A DNA stretch of 63,919 bases, filler included, from Octopus bimaculoides (GCF_001194135.2; 7 parts of 7 records of this genome joined end to end with filler, not necessarily neighbours in it); one strand, 5' to 3'; positions 37,101 to 49,726 are shown, numbered from the whole stretch's first letter. Translations and numbers: made by a program. The notes: generated by a model from the sequence alone, not told the origin.

Positions 37101-39584
37101 ACCAGGCAAAACAATCAAGAAAACAGCACCCTGTATTTCCACGTGCGCAAGTGCACTTCCAGCCGCGTAACAAGTGTCATAACTGCGGTCGCACTTTCTC
37201 TTCAACATCTCAGCTGTATGTTCATCTTGTTAAAGCCCACGATCGTTTACAACCACACCGATGCCATTACTGCAAAAGACTTTTCAAAAACTGCACAAAT
37301 TTTTACATGCACGTCTGCTCACATGCTCCTAAAGAGAGTTTGTATGAGTGCAAGTTGTGTTGCAAGGGTTTTACGCAGCCCGAGAATCTCAGAACACATC
37401 TTCAAACGCATAGCAGTGACAGACCGTTCCGGTGTAAATTCTGCGGCAAGTTTTTCAGTAAGCCTGATAACTTGAATGCACATCTGCGAGTGCACACCAA
37501 CGAGAGACCATTTCTGTGTCATCACTGCAACTCTGCATTTAAAACAACTGCTGCACGCAACGTGCACATTCAGAACTGCACCGTGAAAAGGTTGAAGAAA
37601 AAAGCTGTTTCTCATTCTATGGATTATAGTGTCCAAGAGATGAAAGCACTGACTTCACAGTTCACTGGTTCTCAGTCGGAGTTAACCAACGATACTATTG
37701 AGGTACCGGTTATTGCAGCTGTAAAAGACAATTCTCCTGAAACATTACCAATTATAGAAAATAAAAAAGAATCTTTGAGATCAGTTCCTGCAAATAAATG
37801 TACGGAAGAACAATTAGAAAGATCTCCCACAATGCAACACAATTTAATCTCCAACCACCAGCAAGAATTACATACAGTCGACATGAAACCAACGCCAACA
37901 GAGCTTTGCAATGATAGCTCTCTGCCGACCATACAAGGGTTTTACCAAAATAAATTCTGTACCGACAATTTATCGATGTCAAATTCTTCCAAATCTTTGA
38001 ATTATTCAACATCTTCACCCAACAACATTAATAGTTCTGAGTCGAAAGACATGATTCCTACAAGCGAGACTGGTAGTAGTAGTAGTAGTAGTAATTATTC
38101 CACTGTTGCATCTGAGAAGTCTGTGAGTCATTTGGAGGCAGAGCCTGAAAGTTCGGATGAACCTAAGAACATTTCACTTGGGTTTGATCCCACGACCAAG
38201 TTAGACGACAGATCTTATCTCACCTCAAATGAGAATAAACTTCCATTGCTGGAGAGCGATGGCAGTTTCTTTAACAAGAGGGTGGAGTCGGAAACTAAAG
38301 ACTCTAGACAAGATCCTTGTCATTATAAAATAATTAACGATTTACCAAAGTCTGAGGAGGTAGGAAGTTCACTGGGACTTTANNNNNNNNNNNNNNNNNN
38401 NNNNNNNNNNNNNNNNNNNNNNNNNNNNNNNNNNNNNNNNNNNNNNNNNNNNNNNNNNNNNNNNNNNNNNNNNNNNNNNNNNNNNNNNNNNNNNNNNNNN
38501 NNNNNNNNNNNNNNNNNNNNNNNNNNNNNNNNNNNNNNNNNNNNNNNNNNNNNNNNNNNNNNNNNNNNNNNNNNNNNNNNNNNNNNNNNNNNNNNNNNNN
38601 NNNNNNNNNNNNNNNNNNNNNNNNNNNNNNNNNNNNNNNNNNNNNNNNNNNNNNNNNNNNNNNNNNNNNNNNNNNNNNNNNNNNNNNNNNNNNNNNNNNN
38701 NNNNNNNNNNNNNNNNNNNNNNNNNNNNNNNNNNNNNNNNNNNNNNNNNNNNNNNNNNNNNNNNNNNNNNNNNNNNNNNNNNNNNNNNNNNNNNNNNNNN
38801 NNNNNNNNNNNNNNNNNNNNNNNNNNNNNNNNNNNNNNNNNNNNNNNNNNNNNNNNNNNNNNNNNNNNNNNNNNNNNNNNNNNNNNNNNNNNNNNNNNNN
38901 NNNNNNNNNNNNAGTAGTAGTAGTAGTAGTCTTCGTCCTGGCCTGTCAGGTCCTCAGTCCATGCTGTATTCACTACAGCAGCAGCAGCAGCCACCGCCGG
39001 TTCTTGAACAGAACTCCCAAACCCCTGATGATTCCAAGACACAACTCATCAAGTGCAAACAATGTCCAAAGAAATTCACAAAAATCTACAGCCTTGCCGT
39101 CCACATGAAATCTCATTATCAACAACAGCAACAACAACATCTAAAGCAACAACTACAACAACACCAACACGTCTGCAAAATCTGTCCCGGTACGGAAGTG
39201 TTCCCGACTGCTGAGGACCTCAGTGAACATTTAAAGCACCATTGCGAGTTTCGCTGCAAGTTCTGTCAGAAGGTGGTGCACAGTGCATCACAGCTGTACA
39301 CGCATATGAGGACGCACACCGGTGAAAAGCCGTTCCATTGTCCGCATTGCCCGAAGACATTCGCTGTGAACTGCAACCTCATTGCCCACGTGCGCATCCA
39401 CACGGGGGAGCGCCCGTTCCGGTGCCAGTATTGCGACAAGTCGTTTGCCCAGGCGACCAACCTCAACGTGCATACGCGCATACACACAGGCGAACGGCCG
39501 TACCTGTGCAGCAAATGCAAGAGGGCCTTCCGCACATCTAGTGCCCTCAAGGGTCACCTCAAGTGCTGCCCGGTCCCAATATAA
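34148..39584 (+). CDS. Large multi-cluster C2H2/C2HC zinc-finger protein (~24 fingers), apparently one exon, interrupted by N-gap 38383-38912
   Basis: Open from ATG 34148 to the gap with 18 finger motifs and TGE(K/R)P linkers. After the gap an open frame ([10 protein letters not shown]..) carries 6 more fingers to TAA at 39582-39584. Frames differ by 1-2 nt, within gap-size error; two separate genes cannot be excluded. Confidence 0.9.
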
Positions 39585-41001
39585 AGCTTGGTTGTCCCAG
39601 GGAACGGACAACAGACAAATAGACTCACTGAGGAAGATGGACAAGAAGATATGTGGGCAGACACAGAGACATATTCGGACAGGTAGATGGACGAATAGAG
39701 ATGAGAAGTAGCATGTGTTATAATGCTGGTAGTGTGTGTATGTTTGGGTTGAGAAGGTGGGTGGTCTGTTAGTTAAAAGGGTGGATAGTTTGGCTGATTG
39801 TTTTGAATGGGATGGCCGGGTGTGATTGTTTGGATTATGATGGTTTCCTATATTTGGCTGACTGGAAATTCAGCTTGTTCTGGTGCTGGAGGCGAACACA
39901 CATACATAGAGATATACACATGTAGACTGAGTATGTGAGAGAGAGAGAGACATTATTACACAGACATTCAAGCATAACTAGATGATTACACACTTAAAGT
40001 GAGATATATATATATATATATTGCATTACATCTACAAACATAACTAGATGGTCATGTATGTAGGGAGAGAGAGACAGAGAGAGACAGACATTACACATAC
40101 ATACAAGCATAACTAGATGTTCAGATGTATAAACAGAAAGACAAACAGACAGACAGGAGAGAGAAAAAGAGATATAACATACATAAGAACGTGACTAGAT
40201 TCTCACACACATAAACAGAGACCGACAGACGGACAGATGTATATAAAGACCTTCTCCTCGACTTACCAATAAGTTCCATTCTGACTAAATGGTTATATGT
40301 CAGATTTATATTTTCCAACACTATTTTCATTCAAAAACAACTGATGCTTGAAAGCGACCTAGTGAGACACAGTGACAGGCAGTGGAGGCCTGTGTCTGAC
40401 GGAGGCCTGCATCGCCAAATCCTGCTATAGTTATCGTATGCACTGCTGCCTAACGTCTGAAAAATCAGATTTTTTATTTATTTATTTTATTTCTTTATTT
40501 TTTGTAAGCAACATGCTGCCCCCTACTGCTGATATTCATGATGTTGATGATGATGAGGATGATGATCATATTCATCATGTTGCCACGGAGACACCACTAT
40601 GACAGAATTTCCAAAGCAAGGAGAAATTACAAAAATAAAAAAAAAAGGAAGAAAAAACCCCCAAAATATAACAAAACAATAAATAAATTCAAACTAAACC
40701 TAAAGAGACTATAAAGACGTACGGTACTTTGGAAACAGTATTTACGTTCTGTTTTCTAAATTTTGGATGGGATTCTAATTTTAAAGGGACTTATTTTATT
40801 TCAGCTCCCTAAAATTCAGTGGAATTATAAAATAAAGGGACATATTTTTTTCATAATTATTTATAGTGTTTTTTGTTTTCATATCTGTTTGATTTGTTTG
40901 ACTGTGGCCATGCTGGGGCATTGCCTTGAAGGGTTTTAAGTTGCACAAATAAGGCACTTGCACGTTAATTTCTCGATGTGCCGTTCAAAGGAAAAAGATC
41001 C

Positions 41002-41969
41002 ATTCTATTTGCTACCAGTGGTCTAGCGAGAAGAAAAAAACTAGTCAATAGACTATATATTATTCATATAAATACATACAGTGTACATTTAAACACATAA
41101 GAGAGATGTCCATAATAGGACATCTAACCTGCTAGAAGGAGCAGTCAAACTCCAAACCACAATTAGAGATAATTTCGAAAAGGAAATGAAAAATTTTTTG
41201 CTACCCTGAGATTTATTAATAATGATATAATGTTTTTTTGGCTAATTTCTGGAAGAAAATCGGCATTTTTTGTATTTGCTGCCTACAAGAAAAACCACGA
41301 AAAATTATAACATATGAACACGAGGCATGTTTCTATGCTGTGTCTCGTATTTATATGTTAATCTTGGCTTTCTTGCTGACGATAGTTGGCCTTGCAAAAT
41401 ATTTTATTTTGCGGTACTATTCAAGAAGAATGGTCCCGGTGCGCGCACTCGCGTACCTGTGCATCCGCGCTAGCTACTAATCGATCCTGAAACGACTATC
41501 TAGCGCGAATGCGCAAAACATGTATGTGGGTTTTTTCTAAACAAAGTAAATAATTTCTTTTAAACATAGTAAATAAAACAAAGTAAATAATACTTTGTGT
41601 AAAAAAATTATTTACTTTGTTTAGAAAAAAACCCCTCATAGGATCGACTAGTTGCGACTAGCTAGTGCGGATGCGCGAGTACGCGAGCGCGCGCACCAGG
41701 ACCACTCTTATTGAACAGTACCCACTCTGCTAAAAATAGCTTGAAACCATGGTTCAGGAAATAGATGGTAAATGTTTTTATTTTTCATTCCTTTTGAAAT
41801 CATCCCTAATTGTGGTTTGGAGTTTGACTGCTCCTTCTAGCGGGTTAGATGTCCTATTATGGACATCTCTCTTATGTGTTTAAATGTACACTATGTATTT
41901 ATATGAATAATATATAGTCTATTGACTAGTTTTTTTCCTTCTCGCTAGACCACGGGTAGCAAATAGAAT
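41002..41969. repeat. Long inverted repeat (arms 41002-41193 and 41781-41969) enclosing a MITE
   Basis: ~190-bp arms with few mismatches (attctatttgctacc..ggaaatgaaaaa and its reverse complement). Confidence 0.9.
41413..41722. mobile_element. CpG-rich foldback MITE; truncated copy at 42421-42525
   Basis: TIRs ggtactattcaagaagaatggtcc.. / ..ggaccactcttattgaacagtacc, plus an inner inverted repeat (41532-41562 vs 41601-41632). No clear TSD; superfamily unassigned. Confidence 0.8.
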
Positions 41970-44618
41970 TTCTAAATTTTTTGGCTACTCTGAGATTTAT
42001 TAATAATAATAATAATATATATATATATACACATACATAATACATACATACACATATAGACTTTACACACACACACACACATATATCTATACTATAATGG
42101 AGAAAGCTGCTTAAATATCATTTAACGATTACTAGAAGTACTTAAAGAAAGCAATATTAAAAGCTTGATCGTCTGGAAATATTTTCATGAATTCATGTTC
42201 CAAGAAATTGCCTATAATTTCGATTTCTGAAGTTTATTGAATTTTTTAAACTCCAAATATTTATTGCATTCACTGCAGAGTAGATTTTAATGTTTAATAA
42301 TAAACACTATTAATTCATTGCAGGCAACATTTTTTATATACGTTTTTATTTGCAGCAGTCTCTCATTCTCGCTCGCTTCTATTTTCATTCATGAGAATTT
42401 AATAAAAGCTATATAACTTTGGGTTCTATTCAAGAAGAGGGGTTCTATTCAAGAAGAGCGGTTCCTGATGCGCGCACTCGCGCATCCGCGCTAGCGAGTC
42501 GTGACTTAGTCGATCCTACGACTACCTACCTGTTTCAGTCATTTGACTGCGGCCATGCTGGAGCACCTCCTTTTAGTCGANNNNNNNNNNNNNNNNNNNN
42601 NNNNNNNNNNNNNNNNNNNNNNNNNNNNNNNNNNNNNNNNNNNNNNNNNNNNNNNNNNNNNNNNNNNNNNNNNNNNNNNNTGCATGCTTCTAATAGACCT
42701 ATTCATTCTTTGTTTTCTCTTTTCTTTTTAGTAATCTTTTCTCTTTCCTTTTTGTCATTCTCCTCTTTTTCCTCTTTATCTCATTTTCCCTTCCACCATC
42801 ATACCTCACAACAAGAATCCTATTTATTTAGATGTGCAAATTCTGTTATTTCTGCAGCCAGGCTGGGCCCACTGCCTTGAGTCTGTTGAGCCAAGTGTCT
42901 CCATGTCATCATCATCATCGTTTAACGTCCGCTTTCCATTGCTAACATGGGTTGGACGATTTGACTGAGGACTGGTGGAACTCGAAGGCTACACCAGGCT
43001 CCATCCTGATTTGGCATCATCTTCAAATATCAGTTAACCAACCCAATGCTTGTGATACCATTTCCACAATTGTTGCACATGTTAATCCAGTTATGAAAGC
43101 TATGAAGAAGAGAGGTAATGGTATATATTCCTGCTGAGTCTAACACCCATGTTGAAAGCCTTTGACTTAGCATCATCCCGGGATTTGTATTGNNNNNNNN
43201 NNNNNNNNNNNNNNNNNNNNNNNNNNNNNNNNNNNNNNNNNNNNNNNNNNNNNNNNNNNNNNNNNNNNNNNNNNNNNNNNNNNNNNNNNNNNNNNNNNNN
43301 NNNNNNNNNNNNNNNNNNNNNNNNNNNNNNNNNNNNNNNNNNNNNNNNNNNNNNNNNNNNNNNNNNNNNNNNNNNNNNNNNNNNNNNNNNNNNNNNNNNN
43401 NNNNNNNNNNNNNNNNNNNNNNNNNNNNNNNNNNNNNNNNNNNNNNNNNNNNNNNNNNNNNNNNNNNNNNNNNNNNNNNNNNNNNNNNNNNNNNNNNNNN
43501 NNNNNNNNNNNNNNNNNNNNNNNNNNNNNNNNNNNNNNNNNNNNNNNNNNNNNNNNNNNNNNNNNNNNNNNNNNNNNNNNNNNNNNNNNNNNNNNNNNNN
43601 NNNNNNNNNNNNNNNNNNNNNNNNNNNNNNNNNNNNNNNNNNNNNNNNNNNNNNNNNNNNNNNNNNNNNNNNNNNNNNNNNNNNNNNNNNNNNNNNNNNN
43701 NNNNNNNNNNNNNNNNNNNNNNNNNNNNNNNNNNNNNNNNNNNNNNNNNNNNNNNNNNNNNNNNCCCCCTCTCTCTCCCCTCTCCCTCTCTCTCCCCTCC
43801 CCCTCTCTCTTTTACTGTGTATAAGTTGCAACTTCAGAATTCATATAGCCTCAAATATTCAACTAATGTTCTTTAATCATCATCATCATCATCGTCATCA
43901 TCATCATCACCATCATCATTTAACGTCTGTTTTCCATGCTGACATGGGTTGGACGGTTTTGACAGGAGCTGGTAAGTCTGGGAGGCACAACAAGTGTCTT
44001 TGCTCGTTTCAGCATACGTCTACAGCCGGTGACTCTTCCTAGTTGCCAATCACTTTACAGAGTGTACTGGGTGCTTTACACATAGCACCGGCATCAGTGC
44101 TTTTTACGTTACACCAATACCAATCCCTTTTGCATGGCATCAGCGCTGACTGGGCCGCCAAGTACCTTGCAAGAACAAAATCCCCTCAAATGGAAATGGG
44201 GAGTTGTATGAAGTTGGTGTGGCTTTGTGCCAGCTGAGAGAGTTAAGGTATAGAGGGATAGCTGTAGAGTAGATACATGAATACTTCAGTTAGAAAAGAA
44301 AGGAGAGTGATTTGAAGTTGGTGGGGGTAGAGAAAGTTAATGATGCACATTGACAAAGATAGAGATCAGAGATATGTAAGGGTGGATACAATGAATGACA
44401 AAGGTATCGATGGCAGATATGAGATCAGGTAGAGGGCAAAGATACATCCAATGGAAAATTAAATTTGTCCATAGGCGTAGGAGTGGCTGTGTGGTAAGTA
44501 GCCAAGGCTATAGTAGAAGACATTTACCCAAGTTCCCATGTAGTAGGGCTGTGTATGTGTCTGTGCATAACTGTAATTATCTATGTATGTAACATTGTGA
44601 TATCTTCCTTTATTCCAG

Positions 44619-44779
44619 TATATACTATATGTTCTATGCACCAAGATACTTCACTCCAGAAGATGGACTCAACATCACTGTCATATTCTATGGGTTTAAT
44701 CCATATTCCACGAATATTACTGTTACACTCAAAGATGGGGACAAAAATCTTAAAACAATATCTCGTGAAATTCCTGTTA
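44619..44779 (+). CDS. TEP/CD109/A2M-family gene, first recognisable exon (MG1 start)
   Basis: ttccag acceptor, gtaagt donor; 161 nt (1+159+1) encoding IYYMFYAPRYFTPEDGLNITVIFYGFNPYSTNITVTLKDGDKNLKTISREIPV. Confidence 0.8.
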
Positions 44780-45500
44780 GTAAGTAATACTATTGTTGTT
44801 ATTGTTTATTTTCAGCCGAGCTAAGTTTACCCCTTTGGTTACCATATTTTTCTTGAAATACACTACTTCTGTTTCAATAACTTTCAAATAAAGACATTAG
44901 CATTTAGCATTCAGATTACTCTGCCAAATGTAATGCTTATTTATTGACATTGTTTTGAATTAATCATGCATTATCTCACAGCTTGTTTGGAATGATGTTA
45001 TAGGGTAGGTGGGAGAGTACAACACCAGGACAAGTGCCTTTTATCTGTCATCGGCACAAGTAAAAGAATAAAAGAATAAAAATACATACATACATATGTA
45101 CACAAATGACTGAGACTCTTGGTGATTTGTTGTGCTTGAAGACGAGTCAAGGCAAGTGAAATCATGGCCAGTTCTTGTGATGTGTGAAAGGCACCCATGC
45201 TGGAGACACGTGAAAGATACTTGTACTGGTGACATGTAGAAGGCACCTGGGTCAGTGACGTTTAAGGGAATCATGCTAACGACACATTAAAGGCACCTAC
45301 GTCAGTGACACATAAAAAGCACCTGTGCCAGAGATACTTAATTGGTACCCTTATCAGTGACAATAAAAGGCACCCGTACCTGTGACATGTTAAAAAAAAA
45401 CCATGCTAATGACGCATAAAGGGCACTTGTGCCGATGACAGTGCCGGTGTTGTATAAAACATATCTGTGCTAGTGACACATAAAAGACACCCAGTAATTC

Positions 45501-45743
45501 TTATTTCTTTATTGCCCACAAGGGGCTAAACATAGAGGGGACAAACAAGGACAGACAAAGGGACAAAGTCGATTACATCGACCCCAGTTACGCACTGGTA
45601 CTTAATTTATCGACCCCGAAAGGATGAAAAGCAAAGTCGACCTCGGTGGAATTTGAACTCAGAACGTAACGGCAGATGAAATACTGCTAAGCACTTAGCC
45701 CGGCGAGGTAACGTTTCTGCCAGCTCACCTCCTTTGCCAGCTC
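45501..45743 (-). mobile_element. SINE family B in a TEP intron with a 15-bp TSD
   Basis: gacacccagtaattc (45486-45500) and gacatccagtaattc (45744-45758). Confidence 0.85.
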
Positions 45744-45971
45744 GACATCCAGTAATTCTGTAAAGTAGTTGGCATTATGAAGGGCATCCAACCATAGAAA
45801 TTAAACCAAAACAAATGACTGGAACGAACCTAGTGTATGTATGTGTGTGTGTGTGTGTGTGTGTGTTGTATCCACACTCAAATGAAATGAATAGATAATT
45901 AATTAAAGGTAGCCAATTAACATGCAATGAAATAGAAATCTTATTTATCTCATGATTTCTTTCTCTTTCAG

Positions 45972-45997
45972 GTGAAAATATAGCATTCATAAAGATG
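45972..45997 (+). CDS. TEP gene 26-nt micro-exon with a GC donor
   Basis: ttctctttcag acceptor, encodes (S)ENIAFIKM, donor G|GCAAGT; converts phase 1 to phase 0 as the flanking exons require. Confidence 0.7.
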
Positions 45998-46992
45998 GCA
46001 AGTACAGTTTATCCTTTTTTTTATTATTATTTTGTTTCTTCTGTGTCTATGTGTTTGTATATATAAATGTGTGTGTGTGGGGGGGGGGGGGATATTTTTC
46101 CTCCTTCCTTTTTCTTCTGAACTTTCCTATGTCATTCCTGCTACAGTCATGACTTTCCTACCATAGTCATTATTTATCCTCCATACTAATGTGTATGTGA
46201 AGAATTCAATCAAACGTTATTTAGTCTTTTTAAAAAAAAAGACTAATTAACTTTTGACTGAATGTTGCACACACATGTACACACACACACACAAACATAG
46301 ATGTATGCACATATAAGGATACACATCATAGAAGCACAGAATGAAATATGTAGAGCAAGAGCACATGTGAAGACGGAAAGTGTTGCTGTGGAGGTCACAG
46401 ATGTGTGACGAAAGATTTTCAAACGATGGACATAAGTTAGAATAAGACCAGTAATAAACGAGTGAAGAATAAATATATAGTGTGTGTGTGTGTGTGTATT
46501 TCTACTCGTTTCAGTTACCAGAGTGCGACCATGCTAGGACACTGCCTTGCTGAATTTTAGTCAAACGAATCAATCTCAGTACTTCACTTTGTTTTTTTTT
46601 TTTGTTTTTTTTCTTTAAGCCTGGTACTTATTCTATTCATCTCTTTTGCTTAACTGCTAAGTTATGTGGACATAGACAAACCGACACTGGTTTTTAACCA
46701 ATGGTGAGTGTCNNNNNNNNNNNNNNNNNNNNNNNNNNNNNNNNNNNNNNNNNNNNNNNNNNNNNNNNNNNNNNNNNNNNNNNNNNNNNNNNNNNNNNNN
46801 NNNNNNNNNNNNNNNNNNNNNNNNNNNNNNNNNNNNNNNNNNNNNNNNNNNNNNNNNNNNNNNNNNNNNNNNNNNNNNNNNNNNNNNNNNNNNNNNNNNN
46901 NNNNNNNNNNNNNNNNNNNNNNNNNNNNNNNNNNNNNNNNNNNNNNNNNNNNNNNNNNNNNNNNNNNNNNNNNNNNNNNNNNNNNNNNNNNN

Positions 46993-47034
<42 letters not shown>

Positions 47035-47243
47035 GATGAGCTTCTTTCAGTTTTTGTCTACCGAATCCATTCACAAGGCTTTGGTCGGCCCGAGGTTATA
47101 ATAGAAGGACACTTGCCCGAGATGCCATGCAGTGGGACTGAACCCGGAACCATGTGGTTGGGAAACAAACTTTTGATCATACAGTCACGCCTGTTCTTAT
47201 TAAAAGTGAATATTTTGTGCAATAAACTCTCTTTCTGTTGTAG

Positions 47244-47376
47244 AACACTGAAGACCTTGCAAAGAAACAGTACACATTACAGCTGAACCTTGGTGCTGAA
47301 TTGCAAGTCTACTGTGGTTATAAATCTGCGAAATACATCCAGACTGATAAAAATATATACAAGCCAGGAGATACAG
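47244..47376 (+). CDS. TEP gene exon (MG1/MG2 boundary)
   Basis: ctgttgtag acceptor, gtaaca donor; NTEDLAKKQYTLQLNLGAELQVYCGYKSAKYIQTDKNIYKPGDT(V) contains the family signature IQTDKxIYKPGxTV. Confidence 0.92.
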
Positions 47377-47499
47377 GTAACACATCTTACATCACTACAT
47401 CCACCCGTCCAGCTGCACCCACTATTTCTGGGAGGTAGTTTAGAGGCAGAGTCCCCAAGCACTCCCATCATCACATCCTATCATAAGCAACCATCAAGT

Positions 47500-47695
47500 A
47501 TGCTTGAATGGAACCAAACGGTCAACGTGGAACTCTGTGTTCAACAGATGGAACCACTCAGCACGGCTATTCAAGGGAAAAGACCTAATCGGGAGCGTGG
47601 AGTTCTTCTGCCGCACAACAATGCCTGCCCTCATATCACCAATATGACCAAGGAAGCCATTCAAACGCATGTTTGAATTATGTTACACACCCTGT
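47500..47695 (+). mobile_element. Mariner transposase catalytic-domain fragment (intronic)
   Basis: Reads NQTVNVELCVQQMEPL..AIQGKRPNRERGVLLPHNNACPHITNMTKEAIQ, a decayed LLHDNARPH motif. Confidence 0.8.
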
Positions 47696-48965
47696 TGTGT
47701 AACATAATTCCAGAGTTCCTTCTAAAGAACTCCATTTCAGCCATTTGCATTTTGTGATTGTACTTTTCCGATTGTTACCCAACATCAGTATATTACGTCT
47801 GGAAATGAAGTAAGATGATTTGGTTGTGATGCTGATTATCTGGCACGGCTGACTGAACAGTCAGTTTGTTTGGGCTGCAATACATTTTGGCACTGGAAGG
47901 AAACACACTCATGCACATGCACACAGAAATACATGCATACAGATAAAGAGAGTGAGTGAGAGAGAGAGAGTAAGAGATTGAGAGAGAGAGAGTGAGACAT
48001 TATATGTACATACAAAGATAACTAGATGCTCACACCTAGACAGAGAGAGGTGGAAAGTGGGAGATAGAGAGAGAGAGGCTGAGAAAGAGAGAGAGAGTGA
48101 GAGAGACATTAAACGATCATCATCATCATCATCATCATCATCATCTGATGTCAAATAAGCCCGTGTTGAATCAGTAATGCCAAATAGGCTGTGACAAAAC
48201 AACTGCTGTCCCAAAACATACTCTTCTGTGAAAGATCTACACAGTGTGACCAACCATTGGGTTGGGTTGTATGTGTGAGTGTAGGGAGAGATGCAACTTC
48301 AGATTTGGTTTTAGTGGTATCTAATGCTAGTTATCAAGGTATTGTACAAAATGAGCTCCTCTGTTGGTAACCTTATGACTGAAATGGATCCTCAGAAAAA
48401 AAAAGACATATTTATAAATCCCACACTGGTTGTCTTCTTGTTGATGTTATTTTTGTTCTTTTTCCTCTTTTTCCTTTTCATCCTTTTCTTCTTTTTGTCC
48501 TTTCCCTCTCTTCTTTCTTCCATTTTCTCCTCCTCCTGCACCTCTTTCTCATTCTTGCTCCTCCTCCTCCTCCTGCACCTCTTTCTCATTCTTTCTCCTC
48601 CTCCCCCTCTTCTTCCTGCCCCCTCCTTTNNNNNNNNNNNNNNNNNNNNNNNNNNNNNNNNNNNNNNNNNNNNNNNNNNNNNNNNNNNNNNNNNNNNNNN
48701 NNNNNNNNNNNNNNNNNNNNNNNNNNNNNNNNNNNNNNNNNNNNNNNNNNNNNNNNNNNNNNNNNNNNNNNNNNNNNNNNNNNNNNNNNNNNNNNNNNNN
48801 NNNNNNNNNNNNNCTCTCTCCACCTGCTACCTTATCCATCTCCTTCACCTTATCTGCTTCTTCCACCTCATCACCCCTCCCCCCCATCCATCACCATCTA
48901 TTCTAACACCAATCACCATCATCATTAATGTCTTCATCTTTGTAAATTCTCTTCTCTTTTGCCAG

Positions 48966-49036
48966 TGAAGTTCCGTGTCTTAAACATTTACCGAAATTAC
49001 ACTGCAAGAAATGACCCCATGGAAGCTTATATAAGA
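48966..49036 (+). CDS. TEP gene exon (MG2)
   Basis: ctttttgccag acceptor, gtaagt donor; (V)KFRVLNIYRNYTARNDPMEAYIR, phase 1 to 0. Confidence 0.88.
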
Positions 49037-49129
49037 GTAAGTACTATTACGAACTTATTTCATGCGTCACCACCCTCACCATCACAACCACTACAACAGC
49101 CACCACCATAAGTAATACCACTGTCACTA

Positions 49130-49620
49130 CCACTACCACTACAATCACCACCGTCCCAACTATTACCACCCCCAACTACCGCTAACACCAATACCACTAC
49201 CACCATCACAACTACTAAAACCACCACCACTACCACCACAACCACCTTCGCTATTATCATCTCCACGACTACCACTACTACTACCACTACCACCATCACA
49301 ACTACTAAAACCACCACCACTACCACCACCACCACCTTCGCTATTATCATCTCCATGACTACCACTAACACCACTACTACTACCACTACCACCATCACAG
49401 CTACTAAAATCACCACCACTACCACCACAACCACCTTCGCTATTATCATCTCCACGACTACCACTAACACCACTACTACTACCACTACCACCATCACAGC
49501 TACTAAAACCACCACCACTACCACTACAACCACCTTCGCTATTATCATCTCCACGACTACCACTAACACAACTAGCAACACCACTACTACTACCACTGCC
49601 ACCACCACCACCACCACCAT
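49130..49620. repeat. Minisatellite built from ACC/ACT triplets (unit 90-99 bp, four anchors)
   Basis: Anchor cgctattatcatctcc at 49249, 49339, 49438, 49537. Confidence 0.88.
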
Positions 49621-49688
49621 TTCTATCATTATCACCTCAGTTCAAACACTAATTTCTGTGAGCACATATTTTTCTGTAAGACTCCCCC

Positions 49689-49726
<38 letters not shown>

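Noticed and set aside
38380-39042. Minus-strand ORFs overlapping the zinc-finger gene
   Set aside because: Antisense shadows of GC-rich finger codons or N-gap read-through; no recognisable domain.
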